From a virus: a stretch of DNA of 64,000 nt. Below the pieces are notes generated by a model that was given only the letters and a program-made list of their open reading frames with translations, was not told where the DNA came from and ran no database searches. The position numbers and the translations under genes are program-made. The stretch is taken from positions 39,136-103,135 of IMG/VR virus record IMGVR_UViG_3300032220_001630; one strand, 5' to 3'. The stretch's first letter is position 1. Each line of letters begins with the position of its first letter. This document shows, piece by piece, positions 8,518-18,599 of the stretch.

Positions 8518-9141
8518 ATGTGCCCCCAATTCTTAGTTATCGCTTACTATACTGAAAACACTTCCTACCAAGACTTAGCTGAAAAATTAAAAAATTCGCT
8601 TCAAAGGTTTGGTTTACCCCATTACATAGAACCTATCAAAGATCAAGGCTCATGGGAAAAGAATACACACTACAAAGCTTATTTTATTAAGAAATGTCTA
8701 AATGACAGAAATCTAGATCTTCTCTACGTAGATGTAGATGCAGTGTTTAAAGCGTATCCTAGCTTAATCGATGGCTTAGATTGTGACATTGCATACAGAA
8801 CCCAAGATTTTAGATGGAGAAAAGATGAGGCCTTATCTGGTACTATCTTTCTAAAGAACAATGACAAGGTAAAGAGGTTAGTTGATAGGTGGATAGAGAT
8901 TAACGAAAAGACTCCTGCTGAAAGAATGAAACCTGAGACCTGGGAGCAAAAAAATATGCAAACCGCACATAGAGAATTCTCCGATGTGGTTTATTATAAT
9001 CTACCACCAGAATATACTTTTATATTTGATCACTCAAGAACAATGTATCCTAAGGCTTCTCCTGTAATAGAGCATTACCAAGAATCTAGAAATGTACATC
9101 GAAATAATTTACAATCTCGAGGTATAATTAGAAAAAGATAG
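8518..9141 (+). CDS. GT-A nucleotide-diphospho-sugar transferase
   Basis: WEKNTHYKAYFI, LYVDVDA (DxD), SGTIFL, EQ, LPPEY, VIEHYQ. Confidence 0.8.
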   Translation: MCPQFLVIAYYTENTSYQDLAEKLKNSLQRFGLPHYIEPIKDQGSWEKNTHYKAYFIKKCLNDRNLDLLYVDVDAVFKAYPSLIDGLDCDIAYRTQDFRWRKDEALSGTIFLKNNDKVKRLVDRWIEINEKTPAERMKPETWEQKNMQTAHREFSDVVYYNLPPEYTFIFDHSRTMYPKASPVIEHYQESRNVHRNNLQSRGIIRKR

Positions 9142-9142
9142 A

Positions 9143-9874
9143 ATGCAATTAACCTATGCAGTAGTCAGCTCTAATTCCAACCCTGAGTACTTGGATTTTT
9201 GGCCATATGTGGCAAAAATGTGGCAGAGGATAGGATTAGAGCCTGTCCTTTTTTATATAGATAAAGAAGCTCCTAAGGAAAATGCGGCAGAATATGGTAG
9301 AGTTATCTTTCTAGAATCTATACCCGAATGGGACATAGCCCAACAGGCACAGTGTATTAGATTTTGGGCTGCAAAGGTTTTAGACAATCCTTTTATTATC
9401 TCAGATATTGATATGCTTCCTATTTCAAAGGATTATTACATAAATGAAGCATTGAAAATAGGACACAGAGGTATAATATCCTATAGTTCTGATATTATCA
9501 AATATAGATGGTATAGGACTAATCCTCAGTATCCTATGTGTTATCTTGCCGGAGATCCCTTATCATTCACACAGCTTCTGGATATGAATGATACTGATCA
9601 TAAAAGTTTTCTCAGAAGATTAATGAGAATGAATATCAGATTTGGTACTGATCAAAAATTCTTCTATAACCAATCCCTTCGAAAGCCTGATATTAAAATT
9701 AAGCATTTGGAGAGAGGATGGATAGAAGAAAAATATGCGGTTAAAAGACTTGATAAAGCTATCTGGCCAAAATCTGATTATAATCCAGAGGAATATATAG
9801 ACTGTCATTTACCTAGACCCTTATCATCAAATGCAGTCCTTTGTAAAAAATTATTTAGTAAGCTAGATTTATGA
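9143..9874 (+). CDS. Putative GT-A glycosyltransferase (paralogue of 19972-20799)
   Basis: YLDFWP, ISDIDMLP (DxD), YPMCY, IDCHLPRP. Confidence 0.65.
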   Translation: MQLTYAVVSSNSNPEYLDFWPYVAKMWQRIGLEPVLFYIDKEAPKENAAEYGRVIFLESIPEWDIAQQAQCIRFWAAKVLDNPFIISDIDMLPISKDYYINEALKIGHRGIISYSSDIIKYRWYRTNPQYPMCYLAGDPLSFTQLLDMNDTDHKSFLRRLMRMNIRFGTDQKFFYNQSLRKPDIKIKHLERGWIEEKYAVKRLDKAIWPKSDYNPEEYIDCHLPRPLSSNAVLCKKLFSKLDL

Positions 9875-10512
9875 CAAATCTCCCTATATTTATATCCTAT
9901 CATACTGGGGATTCTTATTATTCCTCCTGTGCAGAAAATCTTGTATCTAATATAAGATCTTTAGGCGGTGAGATAATAATGGAGAAAGTTACAGATACTG
10001 GATATTACTGGAAGAATACTTTAAAAAAGCCTGGGTTCATACTTTCTAAAATGGATGAACTAAAAAGAGATCTAATTTGGATAGATGCAGATACCAATAT
10101 TTTTGGATATACAGATTGTATGAAAAAATGGGAATCCGATATACTATTTGCATCCCATACCGGAGACATCCATGGTATAAAGGCATCTCCTATGGGTATA
10201 AAGTACAGTGAAAAAACACTGGGATTCTTTAAAAAATTTTCAGATTTGTGTAATCATAAAATAGAATCCAATGAATTGGATTTAGATCACGACGTTTTAA
10301 AGTATGAATTACTTCCTGATTACAAGGAGAAGATCAGTTTAGAAATTTTAGGTTGTGAAGGAGTACCATCGGATTACACAGACGGGAAATATATAAGAAA
10401 TGGAATTTCCAGAGGAATTAATAAAGGAAGAGAGGTTCATTCTGTCACTTTAAAAAATTCTACTAGAGATCTAAAATTTAGAATGCTATCTTTAAATGAC
10501 TTCACAATATGA
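9871..10512 (+). CDS. GT-A nucleotide-diphospho-sugar transferase
   Basis: YWKNTLKKPGFI, IWIDAD, LDHDVLK. Confidence 0.75.
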   Translation: MTNLPIFISYHTGDSYYSSCAENLVSNIRSLGGEIIMEKVTDTGYYWKNTLKKPGFILSKMDELKRDLIWIDADTNIFGYTDCMKKWESDILFASHTGDIHGIKASPMGIKYSEKTLGFFKKFSDLCNHKIESNELDLDHDVLKYELLPDYKEKISLEILGCEGVPSDYTDGKYIRNGISRGINKGREVHSVTLKNSTRDLKFRMLSLNDFTI

Positions 10513-11324
10513 GCACATACAGAGTAACTAAAAGAGGTGACCTTAGAAGAAGAGTAATTAATAATTCACCACCTTTACAAAATTCAAACAAAAACGAAAT
10601 AGGAAAAGAAGAAAAAATGAACGAAGATTTATTTTATCCGATTAAAAATTCTAGGGAAAGAAAAATAATAGAAAGAAAGGAGAGATTGACAGGTAAAGAT
10701 GATATTGTAATATCTTTTATATCTGATCCCGTAGGATCAAATTTTTACAGCGAAAAATTTAGAACCTTATTAGATAAGGTGGATCAATTAGGACTTGATT
10801 ATATTTTCTGTAAATACGAAAGTGATAGGAATTATTACCAGAACTGCTGTTACAAGCCATATTTTATAAAGACACTTATCAAAGAAACTGGAAAAAACGT
10901 TATATGGGTCGATGGAGATACAATATTAAAGAATGGGTTTTCTTCATTAAACAGAAAGGATAAGGAATTTGATATGGGATTAGTATCATATACAGGATCG
11001 ATGGATTCTTTTGTAGCATCCCCTGTTTATTTCAAAAACACAGAGGTAAGCAATACTATTATAGATCATTGGGAAAACCATTGTACTTCTAGAATAGAAA
11101 ATGGAGAATGTGAGTTAGATCATGATGCTTTAAAGCATTCTATACTTCCACATTATAGAGATAGAGTTAGAATCAATCTCTGTGGGATCGAGCTCCATAA
11201 GGGAGAAAACGTAGAAAATGTAAATTCAGATGTTCCGTATAAAAGAGATATACTTATAAAAATGAGAAGCGTAAATATGAATAGAACATTTCCAGGAAAT
11301 ATAACAAACTATAATATAGTATGA
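10509..11324 (+). CDS. GT-A nucleotide-diphospho-sugar transferase with basic N-terminal extension
   Basis: YYQNCCYKPYFI, IWVDGD, LDHDALK. Confidence 0.75.
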   Translation: MSTYRVTKRGDLRRRVINNSPPLQNSNKNEIGKEEKMNEDLFYPIKNSRERKIIERKERLTGKDDIVISFISDPVGSNFYSEKFRTLLDKVDQLGLDYIFCKYESDRNYYQNCCYKPYFIKTLIKETGKNVIWVDGDTILKNGFSSLNRKDKEFDMGLVSYTGSMDSFVASPVYFKNTEVSNTIIDHWENHCTSRIENGECELDHDALKHSILPHYRDRVRINLCGIELHKGENVENVNSDVPYKRDILIKMRSVNMNRTFPGNITNYNIV

Positions 11325-12166
11325 ATAAATTAAAAACTAACTGGGCGCCTTTTCCTCACGAGTATTCGTCTTGTTCAAATTTTAAACCTGAGGACTTCGA
11401 ATGGTCAAGAACTGAGGGAATAGCTAATATAGTTATCGATAATCAGATAATGACTTACAATCCTCCTTTAAACGAGAAAAATTTTGGATGGTTCTGTGAG
11501 TCCAGTGAAATACTTCCATCTTTAAAATCCTATATTAGAAGTAATATGCCGGCTCTAAAGAGGAAGTTTAGAAATATATTTACCTCTGATCGTGAAATAA
11601 TCTCTTGGGATCCAAGCTTTTTTATATTTAACCCTCCAGGATCTAATTTACCATGGACACCTAAGAATAATTATAGGATTCCTGAAAAAACTAAAAAATG
11701 CTCAATGATCTGCAGTCCAAAAAGTATGACATCCGGACATAAATTGAGATTAGAAGTAGCAGAAAAATATAGTGCAAATTTTGATCTGTTTGGCGGAGCA
11801 TCAGGAAGCTCTCGAATAGGATCCGGATCTGGTCCTAATGGAGATTGGTGGAGATCTAAAGAAGAAGCATTAGCTCCATATATGTTTTCTTTAGTTTTTG
11901 AGAATGCTAAAATAGATAAGTATTATACTGAAAAAATAACAGATTGCTTTGCATTGGGGGTAATTCCTATATACTGGGGAACCGATAAGATCTCTGAAGA
12001 TTTCAATATGGGAGGTATTATTAAATGGGAAGATAATTTTGATTTTTCTATGCTTACGTTGGATCTTTACAACTCTAAAATGGAATATGTAAAAGATAAC
12101 ATGGAAAGAGTCAGAAATATGTTATCCGCAGATTCATTAATTTTCAATAAGATAAAAACTTTATGA
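11321..12166 (+). CDS. GT10 (alpha-1,3-fucosyltransferase-like) glycosyltransferase
   Basis: YMFSLVFEN...YYTEKITDCFALGVIPIYWG signature. Confidence 0.85.
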   Translation: MNKLKTNWAPFPHEYSSCSNFKPEDFEWSRTEGIANIVIDNQIMTYNPPLNEKNFGWFCESSEILPSLKSYIRSNMPALKRKFRNIFTSDREIISWDPSFFIFNPPGSNLPWTPKNNYRIPEKTKKCSMICSPKSMTSGHKLRLEVAEKYSANFDLFGGASGSSRIGSGSGPNGDWWRSKEEALAPYMFSLVFENAKIDKYYTEKITDCFALGVIPIYWGTDKISEDFNMGGIIKWEDNFDFSMLTLDLYNSKMEYVKDNMERVRNMLSADSLIFNKIKTL

Positions 12167-12885
12167 GTAAAATAAACCTCGTAGCTGCATCCAGACAAAG
12201 ACCAGTAAGGATGTTCAATGTATTAAAAAAATGGCTGAGTAATTCTGCATCACCTTCTGATATAAAGGTAATTATATCTATAGACTCTAGCGATCCTACA
12301 ATTGATAAATATTTTGAATTAATAAATCCATTATCGCTGGAATACAATACAAATATATTGATAATTGTTAACCACAATACATGTACAGTTGAAGCAATAA
12401 ATTCTGTTAAGCCATATTTGGATGGGGATTTAGTTATAGTATTTTCTGATGACACAGATTGCTTTAAAAATTGGGATAAGGAATTGATAGATTTCTCGAC
12501 TAATCTTTCAGGTAAATATGTGATAAAGACCTCTGATGGAATAGGCAAAGACCTTATTACAATGCCAGTATTTTCTAAAGAATATTTAGATGGATTCACT
12601 TACATATACCATCCATCTTACAAGCATATGTTTTGTGATACAGAACTTACGTGTGTAGCTACCGTATTAGGGTGTGTGATTAATGGCGATCAATTTGAAT
12701 TTAAGCATTTACACTACTCCCAATTACATCATGATAAGGATTCTGTTGATGATAAAAATCAATCTACTTTTTATGACGGAATGGACATTTTTAAAGAAAG
12801 ACTTTCTAATAATTTCGATCTAGAACCTTCTGATTTTAAATGTGAAATGCCAAAAGAAATAATAGAATGGATATCTCAAAAATAA
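12163..12885 (+). CDS. GT2-like glycosyltransferase
   Basis: ASRQRP, IDSSDP, VEAIN, VFSDD, YHPSYKHMFCDTELT. Confidence 0.7.
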   Translation: MSKINLVAASRQRPVRMFNVLKKWLSNSASPSDIKVIISIDSSDPTIDKYFELINPLSLEYNTNILIIVNHNTCTVEAINSVKPYLDGDLVIVFSDDTDCFKNWDKELIDFSTNLSGKYVIKTSDGIGKDLITMPVFSKEYLDGFTYIYHPSYKHMFCDTELTCVATVLGCVINGDQFEFKHLHYSQLHHDKDSVDDKNQSTFYDGMDIFKERLSNNFDLEPSDFKCEMPKEIIEWISQK

Positions 12886-13532
12886 ATCTTGATAGAGTAA
12901 CATTGGTGTGTATCGATGGGAGGGAAGAGGATTCTGAAAGAACCTCTAGATATAGAGATATATTTAGATACTCTATGAATCATATTGATTTTAAAAGAGT
13001 AATTTTTTTCAGCCACATAGATTACAAATTCGATGGGGTAGAAACTATTAATATATGGAAACTAGGAAGTACTGGTGAATATTCTAATTTTTGTATGAGA
13101 TTGCTAAATCCTTATATCAATACAGATTACTGTATGATTATGCAGGATGATGGATTTATATTAAATCCTGATCTATGGGATGATGAATTTTTATCTTATG
13201 ATTATATAGGAGCTCCCTGGCCTATAGGATTAGGATCTACTACAGAGGAAACACAGGTAGGAAATGGAGGATTTTGTATAAGAAGTAAAAAATTTCTAGA
13301 GTTTAGTTCTAAGCTTTTCCCTACAATGCAAAACGAGGATAAGTACATATTAGAAACTAACAGAAAAGCAGTTAATCAAGCGAATTTAAAAATAGCACCA
13401 GTCGAGTTAGCTAAAAGATTTTCTGTAGAAATTCCAATAGATGATCAGCATAGTATAAAGAATTGTTTTGGTTTTCATGCAAAACATCTATTGGAAGAAT
13501 CAATTGAATACATAAAAAATAAAAATAAATGA
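12867..13532 (+). CDS. DUF5672 (GT-like) protein
   Basis: QDDGFILNPDLWDDEFLSYDYIGAPW, VGNGGFCIRS, NED, FGFH. Confidence 0.8.
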   Translation: MDISKINLDRVTLVCIDGREEDSERTSRYRDIFRYSMNHIDFKRVIFFSHIDYKFDGVETINIWKLGSTGEYSNFCMRLLNPYINTDYCMIMQDDGFILNPDLWDDEFLSYDYIGAPWPIGLGSTTEETQVGNGGFCIRSKKFLEFSSKLFPTMQNEDKYILETNRKAVNQANLKIAPVELAKRFSVEIPIDDQHSIKNCFGFHAKHLLEESIEYIKNKNK

Positions 13533-14110
13533 CTAAACAAATCAAAGCCTTTAACACGGATTACAAACTAGCAGAAAGATTTATTGCTTTTAAGAAAAAG
13601 TACAAAATAAAAACTGCAATAGAAACCGGAACATACCATGGAGACACCACATCCTGGCTAGCAGAAAATTTCGATACTGTATATACTGTCGAATACGATA
13701 AAAGATATCTAGACGTGGCTCAGGATCAAATATCCAAGTATACCAATATAAGAAGTTATTTAGGTAGCAGCACGGATTATCTTGGAAAATTCCTTGATGA
13801 ATCAAAGGATAATAATGTTATAGTTTTCCTAGATGCACATTGGTATGCTAATCCAGTATTACAAGAACTGGACAGGATTAGAGAGTCTGGAACAAAACCT
13901 GTTCTTGCTATACACGATTTCAAAGTTCCAGAAAGACCAGATCTTGGTTATGATGAATATCCTAATCAGGGTATAGTCTATGAATGGAATTGGATAAAGG
14001 AAAAAATAGATGCCATTTATGGAATCGATCAGTATGACATAGAATACAATACATACTCTGAACAAAATATGAGAGGCTGTATATTCATATTACCAAAAAA
14101 TAAATTATGA
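13529..14110 (+). CDS. Class I SAM-dependent methyltransferase
   Basis: IETGTYHGDT, YTVE, GSS, FLDAHW, IHD. Confidence 0.8.
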   Translation: MTKQIKAFNTDYKLAERFIAFKKKYKIKTAIETGTYHGDTTSWLAENFDTVYTVEYDKRYLDVAQDQISKYTNIRSYLGSSTDYLGKFLDESKDNNVIVFLDAHWYANPVLQELDRIRESGTKPVLAIHDFKVPERPDLGYDEYPNQGIVYEWNWIKEKIDAIYGIDQYDIEYNTYSEQNMRGCIFILPKNKL

Positions 14111-14796
14111 TAAAATTAAACGACTATAGAAAGAGTGTCTACTCTCAAACAGGTGAAGACGGAATACTAGAAAAACTTTTCCAAACTCTAGATATAAAAC
14201 AAGGCCAATTTTGTGAATTTGGTGCATCTGATGGTATGTCATATTGTAATACCCGAAAATTGAGAGAGGAAGGATGGGGAGGAGTTTTAATCGAAGGTGA
14301 TCCATTATATGCAGAGGGAATAAAAGAAAACCTTAAGGACTATAAAAATATTGAGATCCTAGATAGCTTTATTAGCTGTGAACCAGGAAGTACATTGGAT
14401 GAGATTCTAAAACCTACGAAATTAAAAAAAGACTTTGATTTTATTTCAATAGATATAGACGGGAACGATCTTTGGGTCTGGGAATCTTTAAAAAATTATT
14501 CTCCTAAGGTAATAATGGTAGAATATAATTCTAATTATCCTTCTACTGATAGCTTGTCTATAAAATATGATAAGGATCATAGACATCAGTTAGATGCTTA
14601 TTATAGCGCCACAGCTGGTGCATATAAGAAATTAGCTGATAAGAAGGGATATAAATTAGTAGGATTTACTGAGGGATTAAACCTAGTATTTTGTAAGAAT
14701 GAATTAGCTTCCAATTTTTACGAATATAAACTAGAGGAAATACCAGTAATGAGAGTGTGGCCTATAAAAGAAGGGAGAGAGCTTTTAATATATTAA
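14107..14796 (+). CDS. FkbM-like methyltransferase
   Basis: YSQTGEDGIL, EFGASDG, SIDIDGNDLW, VEYN. Confidence 0.8.
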   Translation: MIKLNDYRKSVYSQTGEDGILEKLFQTLDIKQGQFCEFGASDGMSYCNTRKLREEGWGGVLIEGDPLYAEGIKENLKDYKNIEILDSFISCEPGSTLDEILKPTKLKKDFDFISIDIDGNDLWVWESLKNYSPKVIMVEYNSNYPSTDSLSIKYDKDHRHQLDAYYSATAGAYKKLADKKGYKLVGFTEGLNLVFCKNELASNFYEYKLEEIPVMRVWPIKEGRELLIY

Positions 14797-14797
14797 A

Positions 14798-15469
14798 ATG
14801 AAAATAATATCTTTCTCACTTTGGGGAGAACACGAGAGATACTTTATAGGTGCTTTTAGAAATTGCGAGTTAGCTTTACAGTGGTATCCGGATTGGACAT
14901 GCTTTTTTTATGTAAGATCTGATTCTAGTATAAAGCATATGGATAAATTGAGAGCTTATCCGAATGCTAGAGTTATTGAAATAGAATCACCCGATGAAAA
15001 AAGAGGACTTTTCTGGAGGTTTATTCCTGCTTTTGATAAATCGATAGATGTTACAATTGTAAGAGATTGCGATTCACGTCTCTCTGAGAGAGAATTATTA
15101 GCGGTTAATCAATGGCTCGAAAGTGACAAGGCATTTCACATAATGAGAGATCATCCTTATCATAGTACCGAAATACTTGGCGGTATGTGGGGAGTTAAGA
15201 ATAAAATGATAGATCTAGGAGATCCTCTTAATCTTGAAATCATTAGTTCTTACAAAGATGAATACCAAGAGGACCAAAGATATCTTAGAGAAAAGATATG
15301 GCCAAGAGTCAAGGATAATTGCATGATACATGACGAATTTTTCGGTGGATTAAAATTTCCTAAGGAAAGGTATGATTTTGACGATTTTGTTGGTCAGCAA
15401 TATAACGATAATGATCAGCCGGTAAAGGAAAATTCAGATATTCTTAAAAAATACTTGCAAGGATCATGA
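14798..15469 (+). CDS. Putative GT-A glycosyltransferase
   Basis: IISFSLWG, FWRF, VRDCDSR (DxD), FHIMRDHPYH, ILGGMWG, DQRYL. Confidence 0.65.
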   Translation: MKIISFSLWGEHERYFIGAFRNCELALQWYPDWTCFFYVRSDSSIKHMDKLRAYPNARVIEIESPDEKRGLFWRFIPAFDKSIDVTIVRDCDSRLSERELLAVNQWLESDKAFHIMRDHPYHSTEILGGMWGVKNKMIDLGDPLNLEIISSYKDEYQEDQRYLREKIWPRVKDNCMIHDEFFGGLKFPKERYDFDDFVGQQYNDNDQPVKENSDILKKYLQGS

Positions 15470-16302
15470 GGATTATTATTATACAAGAAGCAGGAAGGCA
15501 TGACGAGAATAGAAATTTTAGAGAGTGCTTAAGCTTACAGAGAGCATTTCTATATAACGGTCATCAGTGCGACGTTTGGGGATTGGGTCATTCCAATTAT
15601 AGTCAAATCCCAGATTGGGATTCCTATGATCTTATAATGAATATAGAAAATTACGATTCTGTCGGATGGGTTCCTAATCTATCTTCATTTAATAAACCCA
15701 TAAAATTACTTTGGAGTATAGATGCTCACTGTAGGGGAGAAGAGATATACGAAAATACCTTTTCTTCTGGAAGATATAATTTCTTGCTTCACTCCACTAA
15801 AGATTTTGTCAAAAATAATTATCATATATGGTTTCCTAATTGTTTTGATGACGACCTAGTTAAAAATATGCAGGTTGATAAAAAACATTTCATAGGGTTT
15901 TGTGGTAATTATGTTAACAGAAAAGATCTTATAGATACAATTACTTCCGAATTCGGTATGAAGCAGGACATATTTGTAATAGGAGAATCTATGGTTAAAT
16001 CTATCAATGAATATAGAATACACTTTAACAAGAACATGTTAAACGATATAAACTATAGAAACTTCGAAACAATAGGTACAGGTACAGTTCTACTCACGAG
16101 CAATAATCCAAATTATGAAAGTCTTGGGTTTATCGATGGTGAAAATTGTTTAATATATAATGATATTGGGGACATTAGAAGAATATTGATGGAGGTAAAA
16201 CAAAATCCTGATATTTTGGAAAAAATAGGGGATTCCGGATATGGACTTTCTAAAAATCATACCTATAAAGTAAGGGTTAATGATTTATTGAAAAAAATTT
16301 AG
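15466..16302 (+). CDS. GT-B (CgeB/Glyco_trans_1_2-like) glycosyltransferase
   Basis: HFNKN..NDINYRNFETIGTGTVLLT, HTYKVRV. Confidence 0.8.
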   Translation: MRIIIIQEAGRHDENRNFRECLSLQRAFLYNGHQCDVWGLGHSNYSQIPDWDSYDLIMNIENYDSVGWVPNLSSFNKPIKLLWSIDAHCRGEEIYENTFSSGRYNFLLHSTKDFVKNNYHIWFPNCFDDDLVKNMQVDKKHFIGFCGNYVNRKDLIDTITSEFGMKQDIFVIGESMVKSINEYRIHFNKNMLNDINYRNFETIGTGTVLLTSNNPNYESLGFIDGENCLIYNDIGDIRRILMEVKQNPDILEKIGDSGYGLSKNHTYKVRVNDLLKKI

Positions 16303-16303
16303 C

Positions 16304-17254
16304 ATGAGAGTTTTAATTACAGGCGGAGCAGGATTTATCGGATCTAATATAGCTAATCAACTTGCTAAAGATGATATTATTAAAGATGTGATTGTTCTTG
16401 ATAATTTATCTAATGGAAGTGTTTCCAATTTAATAGATTCTCCAAAGATAAATTTTATAGAAGGAGATATCTGCGATTACAAATTAGTTTCCGATATATG
16501 TAAAAATGTTGATATTATATCGCACCAAGCTGCATGGGGATCTGTCCCTAAGTCTATAATAGATCCTATAAATTTTATTTATAACAATGTTTATGGATTT
16601 ACCTGTATATTACAAGCTGCAAGGGATAATCAGGTAAAAAAAATTATTTATGCTACTTCTTCTTCTGTATATGGAGATAATGAACTTTATAAGAAGAATG
16701 AAAAAATTATAGGAAATCCTCTTTCCCCTTATGCTTTGAGCAAAAGGTTCGATGAGATGCTAGCTGATAATTTTAACCGTTTGTATGGTATTAATTTTTA
16801 TGGACTAAGATATTTCAATGTCTTTGGAGAAAATCAAAGGTTTGATTCGGAATATTCTGCGGTTATCCCTAAATTTATAGATGCTATCATAAAAAAAGAA
16901 CAGCCCGTAATATATGGTGACGGGGAGCAAAGAAGAGATTTTACATATATTAAAAATGTCGTAGATTTTAATGTAGACCTAATAAAAAAGGAGGTCGCTA
17001 AAGGATCACATATTTATAATGTTGGGGCGGGAAAAAGTACATCTGTTAATGAGATATTTAGCATGATAAGAAATAAATTGAAATCCGATATAAATCCTAG
17101 ATATACTGATAGGAGAAATGGCGATATATTGAATTCTTTAGCTGATATAGATGCTTCTGTTAATATAGGATATATCCCTAAGATTGATGTTGAAGAAGGT
17201 ATAGAGAAGACCATAGAATGGTTTAAAAATAAAAATAAAAATGCAGGATATTAA
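16304..17254 (+). CDS. NDP-sugar 4-epimerase (WbpP/UDP-GlcNAc epimerase-like SDR)
   Basis: GGAGFIG, HQAAWGSVPKS, SSSVYG, YALSK, RYFNVFG, YSAVIP. Confidence 0.88.
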   Translation: MRVLITGGAGFIGSNIANQLAKDDIIKDVIVLDNLSNGSVSNLIDSPKINFIEGDICDYKLVSDICKNVDIISHQAAWGSVPKSIIDPINFIYNNVYGFTCILQAARDNQVKKIIYATSSSVYGDNELYKKNEKIIGNPLSPYALSKRFDEMLADNFNRLYGINFYGLRYFNVFGENQRFDSEYSAVIPKFIDAIIKKEQPVIYGDGEQRRDFTYIKNVVDFNVDLIKKEVAKGSHIYNVGAGKSTSVNEIFSMIRNKLKSDINPRYTDRRNGDILNSLADIDASVNIGYIPKIDVEEGIEKTIEWFKNKNKNAGY

Positions 17255-17921
17255 AAAAAGAATATTAGTTATATCCCCACATACTGATGATGAACTATTT
17301 GGTGTGGGTGGAACTTTGATAAAGAGAAAAAAAGAAGGATCTCACATAAAAGTTGTTGTTATGTCTTGCTCTAGTAGGTATCTTCACCATTTAGGAAGGG
17401 AGATAACAGAGGAAGAGCAATGGTCTGAGTTTAATAATGTTTCAAAGTTTATATCAACAGAAGAACCTGAAAAATTCGATACTGGCGGTATAAGACTGGA
17501 AGAAGTTCCGCAATATAAGATTGTTAGGTGGTTAGACGAATTGATAAGATCCTATAGGCCTACTGTTATTTATATTCCAGAGCCTTCTTACCACCAAGAA
17601 CATAAAGATGTTTATAATGCTTGTATATCAGCGGTTAGACCTACCGGGGTGGGATTAATCCCTGAAATCATATCCTATGAAATACCAACATCAACGTGGT
17701 CTGATCCATCCAATAGATTTCAGCCTAATTTATTTGAGAACATCGAGGATACCATAGAAGATAAAATAAACATTTTTAAAGAAAATTATGTTTTACAGTA
17801 TACTAAAACAAAGAGGGATAAATTGGGTGAAGAAGGAATAAAAGCACATGCTCATTATAGGGGATTTGAGTGCGGGATAAAGTATGCAGAAGCTTTCAAC
17901 ATAATAAGAAAAATAAAATAA
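17241..17921 (+). CDS. PIG-L/LmbE family N-deacetylase
   Basis: SPHTDDE, HQEH, YAEAF. Confidence 0.85.
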   Translation: MQDIKKRILVISPHTDDELFGVGGTLIKRKKEGSHIKVVVMSCSSRYLHHLGREITEEEQWSEFNNVSKFISTEEPEKFDTGGIRLEEVPQYKIVRWLDELIRSYRPTVIYIPEPSYHQEHKDVYNACISAVRPTGVGLIPEIISYEIPTSTWSDPSNRFQPNLFENIEDTIEDKINIFKENYVLQYTKTKRDKLGEEGIKAHAHYRGFECGIKYAEAFNIIRKIK

Positions 17922-17927
17922 AATATT

Positions 17928-18599
17928 TTGAGAATTAATTTTTTCGATTTAGGAGCTTTCGATGGGATAGAATCCAAAATAGCTTCGGATATCTTTAGAT
18001 CATTAGGTATTGAAGATTTTAAAATATACACTTTTGAACCGTGTCAAAAATCTTTTGACCAAATATCTTCCCTGTTAAAGGATGATCCTAATGTTAAACT
18101 TGTAAAATCTGCTATTTCTAATAGTAACGGAATGAGCAAATTATATCACTCATTTGAAGGAAATGAAGTGGGGCACTCTATTTTCTCCTCGAAAAATAAC
18201 GTATACGAAAGTGATTATGAAGAAATAGAAACTATAAAATTTTCTTCATTTTGTACTAATGAAAATATTGACCTAGAAAATGGGTTTAATATCATTAAAA
18301 TTAATATCGAAGGCGCTGAATGGCATCTATTTAATGATTTGATAGATTCAAAAATGATTCAAAATATACATATTTTTTGCGGGGAAGCAATAGACATGCC
18401 TAAAGTTAAAGAGCTACATCCTTACATACCCGAGTATGAGTCGATGCTAAAAAAATACAAAATAGAATTCGTACCATTTTCAGCACAGGGTATACAAAAC
18501 GAATCTGATAGGGTACTTAGTGAAACCCGAGATTTTAAAAATAAAATAAAAATGGAATATGAAAAAATGCAGGGATTTGACCCAGGATCTACAAAGTAA
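17928..18599 (+). CDS. FkbM family methyltransferase (TTG start)
   Basis: DLGAFDG, FEP, KINIEGAE. Confidence 0.8.
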   Translation: MRINFFDLGAFDGIESKIASDIFRSLGIEDFKIYTFEPCQKSFDQISSLLKDDPNVKLVKSAISNSNGMSKLYHSFEGNEVGHSIFSSKNNVYESDYEEIETIKFSSFCTNENIDLENGFNIIKINIEGAEWHLFNDLIDSKMIQNIHIFCGEAIDMPKVKELHPYIPEYESMLKKYKIEFVPFSAQGIQNESDRVLSETRDFKNKIKMEYEKMQGFDPGSTK

